In this document: one piece after another, positions 11,855 through 22,470 of the stretch | Numbering within the stretch: the first letter of the stretch is position 1 | How the letters are laid out: the number at the start of each line of letters is the position of its first letter | Source: Mycobacterium sp. | Lineage (GTDB): Bacteria; Actinomycetota; Actinomycetes; Mycobacteriales; Mycobacteriaceae | DNA: 64,000 nucleotides | Reading direction: 5' to 3' | Assembly: GCA_032159765.1 (NCBI GenBank) | Contig: JAVHWM010000130.1 | Location: 12,277-76,276 of the forward strand | Translations under genes and position numbers: made by a program | Notes under the pieces: generated by a model | The model's database searches: none | The model's input: the letters and a program-made list of their open reading frames with translations, nothing else | Told to the model about the DNA's origin: nothing

Positions 11855-12952
11855 GTGACCAAGAACGCGAACGATCGGCTCACAGAAGCGCGCATCGCGG
11901 CGGGCCTGTTCGCCAATCGCGCGGCAAATCCGCTGATGGCGGCGATGCCTGAGGCGGTCAAACGAATGATGGCCCGAGCCGTGACGATCGACGGCAACAC
12001 ACTCGATGCCACCCTTCAGCTCGCGCTGGCCGGCCTGAAACTGACCGGGGAAACCAATCTGACCGCCCGCGACGACGTGGCGTACTCGCGGGAACGGATA
12101 CGCCGGCTGGCGCTGATGATCGATCGCAGTCCGGTGCCGGTGAGCGAGGTCGTCGAACTGACGCTTCCAGGACCCGCCGGCGACATCGCGGCACGTCACT
12201 ACGTGCCCGTCGGCGACTTGAACTTCGATGACGACACGGGCCCGCTGCTGATGTACCTGCACGGCGGGGGCTGGGTGATCGGCGACCTGGACACTCACGA
12301 CAACCTGTGCCGGACTCTCTGCCGAGATGTCGGCATCCACGTGCTGTCGGTGGCCTACCGCCTTGCGCCCGAACATCCCGCTCCGGCCGGCCTCGAGGAC
12401 GCCTACGCCGCTTACCGCTGGGCACTACGGAACGCCGGTGAACTCGGCGCGCAACCTGGGGTTGTCGCGGTCGGCGGCGACAGCGCGGGCGGCAACCTGG
12501 CCGCGGTGATTTCCCGATGGGCTCGCGACGACGGCGTGCCGGCGGCGATGCAGGTGCTGTTGTACCCCGCGATGGACCAGCGCTCCACGACGCGCTCGCG
12601 GGTGTTGTTCGAACGCGGATTCTTCCTCACCGGCCATGACATGGACTGGTGTGGACGCCACTACGCCAGGAACTCGGCCCTGGAGGCGACCGACCCGCTG
12701 TTGTCCCCGGGGCTGGCGACCGATTTGGCCGGGCTGCCGCCCGCGCTGGTGGTCACCGCCGGATTCGACCCGTTGCGCGACGAGGGCGAGGACTACGCGA
12801 TGGCGTTGCGCGAGGCCGGTGTGCTGGTCGATCTGCGCCGGATGTCGTCGCTGACCCACGCGTTCTGCAACTTCGCGCCGATCGGCGGCGGCAGCGCGGT
12901 CGCGATGGCGGAGATCGCGTCGGCATTGCGCGCCCACCTGCGCTACGTCTGA
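11855..12952 (+). CDS. alpha/beta hydrolase, hormone-sensitive-lipase family esterase (LipN-like)
   Basis: HGGGW oxyanion motif, GDSAGG nucleophile elbow, C-terminal DPLRDEG. Collinear with Mtb LipN. Track ORF 11309.. trimmed to GTG 11855 because the upstream part is antisense to the AKR gene. Confidence 0.85.
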   Translation: MTKNANDRLTEARIAAGLFANRAANPLMAAMPEAVKRMMARAVTIDGNTLDATLQLALAGLKLTGETNLTARDDVAYSRERIRRLALMIDRSPVPVSEVVELTLPGPAGDIAARHYVPVGDLNFDDDTGPLLMYLHGGGWVIGDLDTHDNLCRTLCRDVGIHVLSVAYRLAPEHPAPAGLEDAYAAYRWALRNAGELGAQPGVVAVGGDSAGGNLAAVISRWARDDGVPAAMQVLLYPAMDQRSTTRSRVLFERGFFLTGHDMDWCGRHYARNSALEATDPLLSPGLATDLAGLPPALVVTAGFDPLRDEGEDYAMALREAGVLVDLRRMSSLTHAFCNFAPIGGGSAVAMAEIASALRAHLRYV

Positions 12953-12987
12953 AAAGCCCGCACCTGTCCCGCCGGTAGTCTTGCCCC

Positions 12988-13827
12988 GTGGCGACCAAAC
13001 CCAAGCGTTATGACCTGAAGGCGGCCGACCGTCGACGGAGCCGGCTGATCCAGTTCGGGCTGACCGGGATTGTCATCCTCTTCGCCGTCGGCATGGTCCT
13101 GTTGATCATCAAGCCGTGGGAACCCAAGGTGACAGCGCAGGCGATCACCGTCTCGGCGCAGGACAAGCTGATCAAGAACCCCGACGGCAAGCCGAAGGCG
13201 GTTCTGACGCTGTACGAGGACTTCCTGTGCCCGATCTGTGGCGGCTTCGAGAAGGAATTTGGGCCGACGGTCGACGACTTGATCACCAGCGGCGCCGTCC
13301 AGGCCGATTACTACATGGTGGCCATCCTGGACGCCCAAGGCGGCGGGTATTCGTCGCGGGCAGGCAACGCCGCCTACTGCGTCGCCGCAGCTGACACCAC
13401 ACCGACGAAGGAGAAATTCCGCCGATTCCACGCGATGCTGTACGCCGATCAGCCGGCGGAGGGCAGCGGCAACTATCCGCAGAACGACGCACTGATCGAA
13501 AAGGCGCGGATAGCCGGCCTGGCGAGCAGTGACCTCAAGGACTGCATCAACAACGGCAAGTACACGAAAATGGTGAAGGGCCTCGGGGAGGCCGAGGGTG
13601 TCAACAGCACGCCGACGATCCGGATCAACGGCAAGCCGTTCAGTCTTGGCAAGACCGGCCCGGACGGGAAGCCGATGATCGGCCCTGACGGCAAACCAGT
13701 TCCGAACACCCCGCAAGACCTGATCAAGGCGATCACCGAGATCACGGGTGCTGTCCCGAACTTGACCGCCGAGTCGCAGCCTCCCGGTCAACCCGCACCG
13801 ACGGGGCCCGCCCCGACAGCGCCATGA
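12988..13827 (+). CDS. DsbA-family thioredoxin-fold oxidoreductase, membrane anchored (Rv2969c-like)
   Basis: N-terminal TM, CPICGGF CxxC active site, C-terminal GPDGKP repeats and Pro-rich tail. Confidence 0.85.
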   Translation: MATKPKRYDLKAADRRRSRLIQFGLTGIVILFAVGMVLLIIKPWEPKVTAQAITVSAQDKLIKNPDGKPKAVLTLYEDFLCPICGGFEKEFGPTVDDLITSGAVQADYYMVAILDAQGGGYSSRAGNAAYCVAAADTTPTKEKFRRFHAMLYADQPAEGSGNYPQNDALIEKARIAGLASSDLKDCINNGKYTKMVKGLGEAEGVNSTPTIRINGKPFSLGKTGPDGKPMIGPDGKPVPNTPQDLIKAITEITGAVPNLTAESQPPGQPAPTGPAPTAP

Positions 13828-14465
13828 GCGTCGCAGCGTCCGCCTCCGCGGCCGCCGCCGACGCGCAACCCGACCCGGCCGACTCCGTCGGCGTGGACGT
13901 CCCGCGACCCAGCGCGTGGTGGGTGTTGATCGCCGGGGTGGTCGGGCTGGCGTCCGCGCTAGCCCTCACGATCGAGAAGATCGAGATGCTGGCCAACCCG
14001 GCCTACGTGCCGTCGTGCAGTTTCAACCCGGTGCTGTCGTGCGGGTCGGTGATGAGGACGGCGCAGGCGTCGGCGTTCGGGTTCCCCAACCCGCTGATCG
14101 GGATCGTCGCATTCACCGTCGTCGTCGTGAGCGGGGTGCTCGCCATCGGACGGGTGCGCCTGCCGCGCTGGTATTGGCTCGGCCTGGCCGGCGGCACCGC
14201 GCTGGGCGTGGTGTTCATCCACTGGCTCATTTATCAGAGCCTGTACCGCATCGGCGCGCTGTGCCCGTATTGCATGGCGGTGTGGGCGGTGGCGATCCCG
14301 CTGTTCGTCGTCGTGTCATCCATCGCGGCGCAACCCCTGATCGAATCGAACGCCGTCGCCCGGGTGCTGCATCAGTGGCGCTGGTCGCTGGTGACGCTGT
14401 GGTTCGTCGGGTTGATTCTGCTGATCCTCGTGCAGTTTTGGGCGTACTGGTCGACGCTGATCTAG
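13824..14465 (+). CDS. vitamin K epoxide reductase family protein (Rv2968c-like)
   Basis: ATGA overlap with the DsbA-like gene. Loop cysteines CSFNPVLSCGSV and active-site CPYC. Multi-TM. Confidence 0.85.
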   Translation: MSVAASASAAAADAQPDPADSVGVDVPRPSAWWVLIAGVVGLASALALTIEKIEMLANPAYVPSCSFNPVLSCGSVMRTAQASAFGFPNPLIGIVAFTVVVVSGVLAIGRVRLPRWYWLGLAGGTALGVVFIHWLIYQSLYRIGALCPYCMAVWAVAIPLFVVVSSIAAQPLIESNAVARVLHQWRWSLVTLWFVGLILLILVQFWAYWSTLI

Positions 14466-17400
14466 TGGCGTCCAAAGTCATCTCGAAGGTCCTCGTCGCC
14501 AACCGCGGCGAAATCGCGATCCGTGCGTTTCGGGCGGCGTACGAACTCGGCATCACCACCGTGGCGATCTATCCGTACGAGGACCGCAACTCGGTGCACC
14601 GGCTCAAGGCCGACGAGTCGTACCAGATCGGTGAGAAGGGCCACCCGGTCCGGGCCTATTTGAACGTCGACGAGATCGTGGCAACCGCCCAACAGTGCGG
14701 AGCCGACGCGATTTACCCCGGATACGGCTTCCTGTCGGAGAACCCGGAATTGGCGGCCGCGTGCGCGGCGGCAGGCATCACGTTCATCGGCCCGGGCGCC
14801 GAGATCCTGGAGCTCACGGGCAACAAGGCCAGAGCGATCGAGGCGGCACGCGCCGCCGGCTTGCCGGTGCTGAATTCGTCGGCGCCGTCGACATCCGTCG
14901 ACGAGCTCGTGTCCGCCACCATGGACAATGTCGCCGGCTCTGCGGCTCCGGCGGCGTTGCAGTTCCCGTTGTTCGTCAAAGCGGTGTCTGGAGGCGGTGG
15001 CCGGGGGATGCGGAGGGTCAGCGATCCGGCCGCCCTGCCCGAAGCCATCGAAGCCGCCAGCCGCGAAGCGGAGTCGGCGTTCGGTGACCCGGCCGTGTAC
15101 CTCGAACAGGCCGTTCTCAATCCGCGGCACATCGAGGTGCAGATCCTCGCCGACACCTACGGCAACGTGATGCATCTGTTCGAGCGGGACTGCAGTCTGC
15201 AGCGCCGCCACCAGAAGGTCATCGAGCTCGCACCGGCGCCGAATCTGCCCGAAGAGCTGCGGGACCGTATGTGTGCCGATGCCGTCGCCTTCGCCCGGCA
15301 GATCGGCTACAGCTACGCGGGCACGGTCGAGTTCTTGCTCGACGAGCGCGGCAACCACGTGTTCATCGAGATGAACCCGCGCATCCAGGTGGAGCACACC
15401 GTCACCGAGGAGATCACCGATGTCGACCTGGTGGCCAGTCAGATGCGCATTGCCGACGGCGAATCGCTGGAAGACCTTGGGCTGCAACAAGAATCGTTGA
15501 CCGTACGCGGTGCTGCCTTGCAATGCCGGATCACCACGGAGGATCCCGCCAACGGGTTCCGACCGGACACCGGCCGCATCACGGGCTACCGCACACCCGG
15601 CGGCGCGGGTATTCGGCTGGACGGGGGCACCACCCTGGGTGCCGAGATCACTGCGCATTTCGACTCGATGCTGGTAAAACTCACCTGCCGTGGTCGCGAT
15701 TTCGGTGCGGCGATCGCCCGGGCCCGGCGTGCTCTTGCCGAATTTCGGATCAGGGGCGTGTCGACCAACATCCCGTTCTTGATGGCTGTGGTCAACGATC
15801 CCGACTTCCGGACCGGGCGGATCACGACGTCATTCATCGACCAGCGGCCCTACCTGCTCACAGCGCGAACGCCAGCGGACCGCGGCACCAAGATCCTGAA
15901 CTACCTCGCCGAGGTCACCGTGAACCAGCCGCACGGACCACGACCGTCCACCGTGTACCCGCACACCAAGCTGCCGTCGGTGGACCTTGCCGTCCCCCCT
16001 CCGCCGGGCTCCAAGCAGCGCCTGTCCCAGCTGGGTCCCGAAGGATTTGCGCGGTGGCTGAAAGACTCAGCGGCCGTTGGTGTTACCGATACGACGTTCC
16101 GCGACGCACACCAGTCGCTGCTGGCGACGAGGCTGCGCTCCACCGGCCTGCTGGCGGTGTCGCCGTACATCGCGCGGATGACACCGCAGCTGCTCTCGAT
16201 CGAATGCTGGGGCGGCGCGACTTACGATGTGGCGCTTCGGTTCTTGAAGGAGGACCCGTGGGAGCGGCTGGCGGCGATCCGCGAGGCGGTGCCCAACATC
16301 TGCCTGCAGATGCTCCTCCGGGGCCGAAACACGGTGGGCTACACCCCGTATCCGGAGTCCGTCACCACTGCATTCGTCGAAGAGGCCACGGCAACCGGGA
16401 TCGACATCTACCGGATCTTCGACGCGTTGAACAACGTCGAATCGATGCGGCCCGCGGTCGACGCCGTTCGGGAAACCGGCACGGCCATCGCCGAAGTCGC
16501 GATGAGCTACACGGGCGATCTGTCCAACCCGGGCGAGAACCTGTACACGCTGGACTACTACTTGAAGCTCGCCGAGCAGATCGTCGACGCCGGCGCTCAC
16601 GTGCTCGCGATCAAGGACATGGCGGGGCTGTTGAGGCCGCAGGCCGCGACGGCCTTGGTCAGAGCGCTGTGTGATCGGTTCGACCTGCCGGTGCACGTGC
16701 ACACCCATGACACCCCCGGCGGCCAGCTTGCGACGTATGTCGCGGCGTGGCAAGCGGGTGCGAACGCCGTCGACGGCGCGGCCGCTCCGCTCGCGGGCAC
16801 CACCAGCCAGCCCCCGCTGTCGGCCATCGTGGCGGCCGCCGCGCATACCGAGTACGACACCGGCGTGTCGCTGTCGGCGGTCTGTGAGCTCGAGCCCTAC
16901 TGGGAGGCGCTGCGAAAGGTGTACGCCCCATTCGATGTTGCGGCATCCGGTCCTTCTCATCCCACCGGGCGGGTCTACAGCCACGAGATTCCCGGTGGGC
17001 AGCTGTCGAATCTGCGTCAGCAGGCGATCGCGCTCGGACTGGGTGACCGGTTCGAGGACATCGAAACCAGTTACGCCGGGGCCGACCGAGTGCTGGGCCG
17101 GCTGGTCAAGGTCACCCCGTCGTCGAAGGTGGTCGGCGACCTTGCGCTGGCACTCGTCGGCGCGGGTGTCACCGCCGACGAATTCGCCACCGATCCGGCG
17201 CGATTCGATATCCCAGACTCGGTGATCGGGTTCCTGCGAGGCGAGCTCGGCGATCCGCCGGGGGGCTGGCCGGAACCGTTGCGAACGAAAGCCCTCGCGG
17301 GCCGCCCGCCGGCCAAGCCGCAACAAGAGCTGTCCGCCGCAGACGAGGCAGCACTCAAGGTCGGTGGCGCAGAACGACAGGCGACGCTCAATCGGCTGCT

Positions 17401-17899
17401 GTTCCCCGGTCCCACAAAGGAATTCGAGGAGCATCGGGAGGTGTACGGCGACATCTCGCGGCTGTCGGCCAACCAGTTCTTCTACGGCTTGCGCCGCGGC
17501 GACGAGCACCGTGTGGAACTTGAACGCGGCGTCCAGCTGCTGATCGGGCTGGAGGCGATCTCCGAACCCGACGAGCGGGGCATGCGCACAGTGATGTGCT
17601 TGCTCAACGGCCAGCTGCGCCCGATTCTGGTGCGCGACTGCAGCATTGCCAGCACCGTGCCCGCCGCGGAGAAGGCCGACCGGACCAACCCGGACCACAT
17701 CGCGGCGCCGTTCGCGGGAGTGGTCACCGTCGCGGTTTCCGAGGGTGACGACGTGACCGCGGGCCAGACGGTCGGCACCATCGAGGCGATGAAGATGGAA
17801 GCGGCAATCACCGCACCCAAGGCGGGTTCTGTACGCCGCGTGGCGGTTTCGGCTACTGCGCAAGTCGAGGGCGGCGATCTGCTGATGGTGGTCAGCTGA
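14465..17899 (+). CDS. pyc: pyruvate carboxylase
   Basis: [20 protein letters not shown] biotin-carboxylase N-terminus, carboxyltransferase domain, C-terminal biotinyl EAMKME motif. Track ORF 13916.. trimmed to GTG 14465, since the upstream extension overlaps the VKOR gene in another frame. Confidence 0.95.
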   Translation: MASKVISKVLVANRGEIAIRAFRAAYELGITTVAIYPYEDRNSVHRLKADESYQIGEKGHPVRAYLNVDEIVATAQQCGADAIYPGYGFLSENPELAAACAAAGITFIGPGAEILELTGNKARAIEAARAAGLPVLNSSAPSTSVDELVSATMDNVAGSAAPAALQFPLFVKAVSGGGGRGMRRVSDPAALPEAIEAASREAESAFGDPAVYLEQAVLNPRHIEVQILADTYGNVMHLFERDCSLQRRHQKVIELAPAPNLPEELRDRMCADAVAFARQIGYSYAGTVEFLLDERGNHVFIEMNPRIQVEHTVTEEITDVDLVASQMRIADGESLEDLGLQQESLTVRGAALQCRITTEDPANGFRPDTGRITGYRTPGGAGIRLDGGTTLGAEITAHFDSMLVKLTCRGRDFGAAIARARRALAEFRIRGVSTNIPFLMAVVNDPDFRTGRITTSFIDQRPYLLTARTPADRGTKILNYLAEVTVNQPHGPRPSTVYPHTKLPSVDLAVPPPPGSKQRLSQLGPEGFARWLKDSAAVGVTDTTFRDAHQSLLATRLRSTGLLAVSPYIARMTPQLLSIECWGGATYDVALRFLKEDPWERLAAIREAVPNICLQMLLRGRNTVGYTPYPESVTTAFVEEATATGIDIYRIFDALNNVESMRPAVDAVRETGTAIAEVAMSYTGDLSNPGENLYTLDYYLKLAEQIVDAGAHVLAIKDMAGLLRPQAATALVRALCDRFDLPVHVHTHDTPGGQLATYVAAWQAGANAVDGAAAPLAGTTSQPPLSAIVAAAAHTEYDTGVSLSAVCELEPYWEALRKVYAPFDVAASGPSHPTGRVYSHEIPGGQLSNLRQQAIALGLGDRFEDIETSYAGADRVLGRLVKVTPSSKVVGDLALALVGAGVTADEFATDPARFDIPDSVIGFLRGELGDPPGGWPEPLRTKALAGRPPAKPQQELSAADEAALKVGGAERQATLNRLLFPGPTKEFEEHREVYGDISRLSANQFFYGLRRGDEHRVELERGVQLLIGLEAISEPDERGMRTVMCLLNGQLRPILVRDCSIASTVPAAEKADRTNPDHIAAPFAGVVTVAVSEGDDVTAGQTVGTIEAMKMEAAITAPKAGSVRRVAVSATAQVEGGDLLMVVS

Positions 17900-18459
17900 C
17901 CCGCATCATCGCGGGCCGCGCGGGCGGACGCCGGATCGCTGTGCCGCAGAAGGGCACCCGGCCAACCAGCGACCGCGTCCGCGAAGCGCTCTTCAACGTG
18001 CTCGCCGCGCGGCTGGACTTCACGGGCATCGCCGTGCTCGACCTGTACGCCGGATCGGGCGCGCTGGGCCTCGAGGCATTGTCGAGGGGGGCCAGGACGG
18101 CGACGTTCGTCGAGGTTGATCCGCGCAACGCCAAGGTCATCGAAGCCAACATCGCGGCACTGCAGTTGACCGGCGCGACGGTGTTCGCGCGCCCGGTGGC
18201 AACAGTACTGGCTTCCGGCGCCGGCTCGTCGTTCGATCTCGTCATGGCCGACCCGCCGTACGACACACCGGTCGGCGACGTCGACGCGATGCTGCAGGCG
18301 CTGGTCGCCGGAATGTGGGTTACCAGGGGCACGGTGGTCGCCGTGGAGCGGCGCGCATCGTCGCCGTCGCTCACCTGGTCGGACGGTTGGGAGAGGTGGC
18401 CCCAGCGCCGTTACGGCGACACCAGGCTCGAGATCGCGGAGAGAACGTCCGGAGGGTAG
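17896..18459 (+). CDS. rsmD: 16S rRNA (guanine966-N2)-methyltransferase RsmD
   Basis: [36 protein letters not shown] motifs. The conserved N-terminus (L)[15 protein letters not shown] lies upstream of the first canonical start (GTG 17941), so the 5' end is set at CTG 17896. See findings. Confidence 0.75.
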   Translation: MTRIIAGRAGGRRIAVPQKGTRPTSDRVREALFNVLAARLDFTGIAVLDLYAGSGALGLEALSRGARTATFVEVDPRNAKVIEANIAALQLTGATVFARPVATVLASGAGSSFDLVMADPPYDTPVGDVDAMLQALVAGMWVTRGTVVAVERRASSPSLTWSDGWERWPQRRYGDTRLEIAERTSGG

Positions 18460-18510
18460 GAGCGAAGCGACTGGGGAATCGAAGTAGGCCTGCTGATACG
18501 GTCGTGTGCC

Positions 18511-18984
18511 ATGAGCGGCGCGGTGTGCCCCGGGTCATTCGACCCCGTGACGCGCGGGCACATCGACGTGTTCGAGCGCGCTGCGGCCCACTTCGAGCAA
18601 GTCATCGTCGCGGTGCTGGTCAACCCCAGCAAGGCAGGCATGTTCACCGTCGACGAACGGATCGCGATGATCGAGGAGGCCACCGCCCATCTGCCGAACC
18701 TGCGGGTCGAGTCCGGGCAGGGTCTCGTCGTCGATTTCGTGAAATCCCGCGGACTGAACGCGATCGTCAAGGGACTGCGCACCGGCACCGATTTCGAATA
18801 CGAACTGCAGATGGCGCAGATGAACAAGCACATCGCCGGCGTCGACACGTTTTTCGTGGCGACCACGCCCGAGTTCTCGTTCGTGTCCTCCTCGCTGGCC
18901 AAAGAGGTGGCCCTTCTTGGCGGTGATGTCTCCGCGCTGCTGCCCGATGCGGTCAACCGGCGCCTGGCGGCCAAGCTGCACTGA
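18511..18984 (+). CDS. coaD: phosphopantetheine adenylyltransferase
   Basis: 157 aa, [22 protein letters not shown] (T/HxGH motif). Confidence 0.95.
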   Translation: MSGAVCPGSFDPVTRGHIDVFERAAAHFEQVIVAVLVNPSKAGMFTVDERIAMIEEATAHLPNLRVESGQGLVVDFVKSRGLNAIVKGLRTGTDFEYELQMAQMNKHIAGVDTFFVATTPEFSFVSSSLAKEVALLGGDVSALLPDAVNRRLAAKLH

Positions 18985-18999
18985 GCGGGAGCTCGAGTC

Positions 19000-19025
19000 G
19001 TTTCACCCGAAGACATTTCGGGTAT
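19000..19025 (+). promoter_or_regulatory. SigF-type promoter (GTTT-N16-GGGTAT)
   Basis: GTTT at 19000-19003, a 16-nt spacer, then GGGTAT at 19020-19025. This matches the mycobacterial SigF consensus GTTT-N15-17-GGGTA and lies about 70 nt upstream of the hemerythrin ATG. Confidence 0.5.
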
Positions 19026-19092
19026 TACCTTGCCGTTGGCGCTCAGCCCATCGCGCCATTCACTTTTCCCTTTCAATGGAGGTAGTCGAACC

Positions 19093-19653
19093 ATGGCCGA
19101 TGTGAATTCGACCGAGGACGTCGTGGAGTTCTTGAAAGCACAGCACAACCTGATCAAGGATCTGTTCGACGAAGTGTTCTTCGCCTCGGACGTGAAGGCC
19201 CGAGAGCGAGCATTCATCGATCTCCGGCAGCTGCTGGCGGTGCACGAAACCGCCGAGGAAATGGTGGTCCACCCACGGGCGCGCCACGAAATGGATGCCG
19301 GTGACGACATCGTCGACGCGCGACTCGCCGAGGAGCATGAAGCCAAGATCAAGCTGCAGAAACTCGAAAGCATGGACGTGGGCTCGCAAGAATTTCTCGA
19401 CGCGCTGCGCGACTTCCGCACCGACGTCATCGAGCATGCCGAGCACGAAGAGAACGAGGAATTCAGCAAGTTGCAGCGGGTCCTCGAGAAGGACGATCTG
19501 GCCCGCATGGCCGGTGCTGTGCGTGCCGCCGAGGCCATTGCGCCGACACGGCCGCACGCGGGTGTCGAGTCGGCAAAGGCGAATTTCGTGGCCGGTCCAT
19601 TCGCTTCGATGATCGACCGGGCCCGCGACGCCATCCACAGCGCACTGCGCTAG
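19093..19653 (+). CDS. hemerythrin HHE cation-binding domain protein
   Basis: 186 aa from ATG 19093 (GGAGG about 10 nt upstream). H...HxxxE patterns (LLAVHETAEEMVVHP, VIEHAEHEENEEF) are typical of hemerythrin-like proteins. Confidence 0.8.
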   Translation: MADVNSTEDVVEFLKAQHNLIKDLFDEVFFASDVKARERAFIDLRQLLAVHETAEEMVVHPRARHEMDAGDDIVDARLAEEHEAKIKLQKLESMDVGSQEFLDALRDFRTDVIEHAEHEENEEFSKLQRVLEKDDLARMAGAVRAAEAIAPTRPHAGVESAKANFVAGPFASMIDRARDAIHSALR

Positions 19654-19736
19654 GCGACACACCGGGGCGAGATCCCTGGTCACATGCGCCACACCAGGCA
19701 CACTGGTCACAACGACGAGGCTCTGGAGGTTGCGCC

Positions 19737-20477
19737 GTGTACCGAGTTTTTGAAGCGCTCGACGAACTGGGCGGGATTGTCGAAGAGGCGCGCGGGCTGC
19801 CGATGACCGCAGGATGTGTGGTGCCGCGCGGCGACGTCCTGGAATTGATCGACGACATCAGGGATGCGATCCCCGGCGAGCTCGACGATGCCCAAGACGT
19901 CCTTGACGCGCGCGACACGATGCTGCGGGAGGCCAAAGACCATTCGGACTCGATGGTGTCGACGGCAACCGCCGAGGCCGATTCGGTTCTCCAGCACGCC
20001 CGCACCGAGGCGGACAGGATGCTCTCGGAGGCCAAAACGCAGGCCGATCGGATGGTGGGCGAGGCGCGCGCACATTGCGAGCAGATGGTTGGCTCCGCCC
20101 ACGACGAGGCGACCCGCATCAGTGCCACGGCCAAGCGCGAGTACGAGGTTGTCACGTCGCGCGCCAAGAGCGAGGCCGACCGCTTGATCGAAAACGGCAA
20201 CATCTCGTACGAAAAGGCCGTGCAGGAGGGCATCAAGGAGCAGCAGCGACTGGTGTCGCAGACCGAAGTCGTGCAGTCGGCGAGGGCCGAGGCCACGCGG
20301 ATGGTCGATTCGGCGCACGCCGAAGCGGACCGGTTGCGGGGCGAATGCGACATCTACGTCGACAGCAAGCTCGCCGAGTTCGAGGATTTCCTCAACAGCA
20401 CAATGCGTTCGATCGGCCGGGGACGTCACCAGCTGCGAACCGCCGCCGGCACCCACGACTACGTGCAGCACGTCTGA
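19737..20477 (+). CDS. DivIVA-like coiled-coil protein (Rv2927c/SepIVA-like)
   Basis: 246 aa. YRVFEALDELGGIVEEARGLPMT N-terminus, then repetitive EA(D/K)R coiled-coil heptads. Syntenic with Rv2927c. Confidence 0.75.
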   Translation: MYRVFEALDELGGIVEEARGLPMTAGCVVPRGDVLELIDDIRDAIPGELDDAQDVLDARDTMLREAKDHSDSMVSTATAEADSVLQHARTEADRMLSEAKTQADRMVGEARAHCEQMVGSAHDEATRISATAKREYEVVTSRAKSEADRLIENGNISYEKAVQEGIKEQQRLVSQTEVVQSARAEATRMVDSAHAEADRLRGECDIYVDSKLAEFEDFLNSTMRSIGRGRHQLRTAAGTHDYVQHV

Positions 20478-20522
20478 ACCCGTCACTAGACGCCGCACCG
20501 CACCGGTGGGGATGATGAGCCG

Positions 20523-22466
20523 ATGGTTCTCAGCCCCGACGCGGCCAAAGGCGACAGCAAGGCGCGAAATCCGTTCCCGCCGATAGCCGACTACGGCTTC
20601 TTGTCCGACTGCGAGACCAATTGCCTGGTTTCGTCGAGCGGATCCGTCGAGTGGATGTGCATTCCCCGTCCTGACTCACCCAGCGTGTTCGGTGCGATTC
20701 TGGACCGGTCCGCCGGCCACTTCCGGCTGGCTCCCTACGGCATGTCCGTGCCGACATCGCGACGCTATCTGCCCGGCAGCCTGATCCTGGAGACCACCTG
20801 GCAGACCCACACCGGATGGATCATTGTGCGGGACGCGCTGGTAATGGGTCCGTGGGAGGACTTCGGGATGCGGTCGCGAACCCACCGCCGCACACCGATG
20901 GACTGGGAACCGGAGCACATGCTGCTGCGTACGGCGCGATGCGTAAGCGGCACCATCGAATTGGTGATGAGTTGCGCGCCGTCGTTCGACTATCACCGTG
21001 TGCCTGCAACGTGGGAATACAGCGGCACGACGTATGGCCACGCCGTGGCGCAAGCCAACGCGGATCCGGATCTGCACCCCAAGCTCACCCTCACCACTGA
21101 TCTGCGAATCGGGTTGGAGGGCAGAGAGGCTCGGGCCCGCACCCGGATGTCGGAAGGCGACGAGGTGTTCGTCGCGTTGAGCTGGTCGCGATACGTCCCG
21201 CCGCAGAACTACAGCGAGGCGGCCGCGAAGATGTGGAATACCACGGAGTTCTGGCGGCAGTGGATCAACATCGGTGATTTCCCGGATCACCCGTGGCGGT
21301 CCTACATCCAGCGCAGCGCACTCACTTTGAAGGGCCTGACGTATGCGCCGACGGGCGCGCTGTTGGCGGCCGCCACCACTTCGCTTCCGGAAACAGCTGG
21401 GGGAGAGCGCAATTGGGACTACCGTTACGCGTGGGTGCGTGACGCGACGTTCGCGCTGTGGGGGCTTTACACCCTTGGGCTGAACCGGGAGGCCGACGAC
21501 TTCTTCTCGTTCATCGCCGAGGTATCCGGCGCCAACGACGGGCAACGCCAGCCGCTGCAGGCGATGTACGGGGTCGGCGGCGAGCGGATGCTCGATGAAC
21601 ACGAGCTGAATCACTTGTCTGGTTACGATTTTTCGCGACCGGTGCGTATCGGCAATGACACGTACAAGCAAGTGCAGCACGACATCTGGGGGGCCATGCT
21701 GGATTCGGTCTACCTCCATGCCAAGTCGCGCGACCAGATCTCGGATGCACTGTGGCCGGTATTGAAAAACCAAGTGGAAGAGGCGATCAAGCATTGGCGT
21801 GAGCCCGACCACAGTATCTGGGAGATGCGCGGCGAACCGCGCCATTACACCTCGTCGAAGCTGATGTGCTGGGTGGCACTCGACCGCGGCGCAAAACTCG
21901 CGGAGTTGGAAGGCGAACACGAGAGTGCGGAGCAATGGCGCACGATTGCCGAGGACATCAGGTCGGACATCCTTGCCAATGGGGTGAATTCGCGCGGTGT
22001 GTTCACGCAGGCCTACGGGTCCAACGCGCTGGATGCATCGCTGCTGATGGTCGTGCTGAACCGTTTCCTGCCATCGGACGACCCGCGTGTGCGCAACACC
22101 GTAATGGCGATCGCCGACGATCTGACGCGCGACGGCCTCGTGCTGCGTTATCGGGTTGACGAGACCGACGACGGATTGTCCGGTGAGGAAGGTGCATTCA
22201 CGATCTGCTCGTTCTGGCTGGTATCCGCACTCGTCGAGATCGGCGAGCTGACGCGGGCAAAGCGTCTGTGCGAGAGACTGCTCTCGCTGGCCAGTCCGCT
22301 GCATCTGTACGCCGAGGAAATCGATCCGCGAACCGGCCGGCAACTGGGCAACTTCCCGGAGGCGTTCACTCACCTGGCCCTGATCAACGCTGTCGTGCAT
22401 GTGATCCGGGCCGAAGAGCAGTCGGACAGCACCGGCGGTTTCCTGCCCGCCAACGCCCCGAGGTAG
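20523..22466 (+). CDS. glycoside hydrolase family 15 (glucoamylase/trehalase-like)
   Basis: 647 aa. ERNWDYRYAWVRDATFAL, SSKLMCWVALDRG, FPEAFTHLALINA are typical of actinobacterial GH15 enzymes. Confidence 0.88.
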   Translation: MVLSPDAAKGDSKARNPFPPIADYGFLSDCETNCLVSSSGSVEWMCIPRPDSPSVFGAILDRSAGHFRLAPYGMSVPTSRRYLPGSLILETTWQTHTGWIIVRDALVMGPWEDFGMRSRTHRRTPMDWEPEHMLLRTARCVSGTIELVMSCAPSFDYHRVPATWEYSGTTYGHAVAQANADPDLHPKLTLTTDLRIGLEGREARARTRMSEGDEVFVALSWSRYVPPQNYSEAAAKMWNTTEFWRQWINIGDFPDHPWRSYIQRSALTLKGLTYAPTGALLAAATTSLPETAGGERNWDYRYAWVRDATFALWGLYTLGLNREADDFFSFIAEVSGANDGQRQPLQAMYGVGGERMLDEHELNHLSGYDFSRPVRIGNDTYKQVQHDIWGAMLDSVYLHAKSRDQISDALWPVLKNQVEEAIKHWREPDHSIWEMRGEPRHYTSSKLMCWVALDRGAKLAELEGEHESAEQWRTIAEDIRSDILANGVNSRGVFTQAYGSNALDASLLMVVLNRFLPSDDPRVRNTVMAIADDLTRDGLVLRYRVDETDDGLSGEEGAFTICSFWLVSALVEIGELTRAKRLCERLLSLASPLHLYAEEIDPRTGRQLGNFPEAFTHLALINAVVHVIRAEEQSDSTGGFLPANAPR

Positions 22467-22470
22467 CCGA

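Noticed and set aside
13916-14464. N-terminal 183-codon extension of the pyruvate carboxylase ORF
   Set aside because: It overlaps the VKOR gene in another frame and has no similarity to carboxylases. The biotin-carboxylase domain begins right after GTG 14465.
19005-19023. 7-bp stem hairpin after coaD as an intrinsic terminator
   Set aside because: The stem is short with no U-tract (it is followed by ATTACCTT). The same bases fit a SigF promoter better. It may have a minor terminator role but is not called as a feature.
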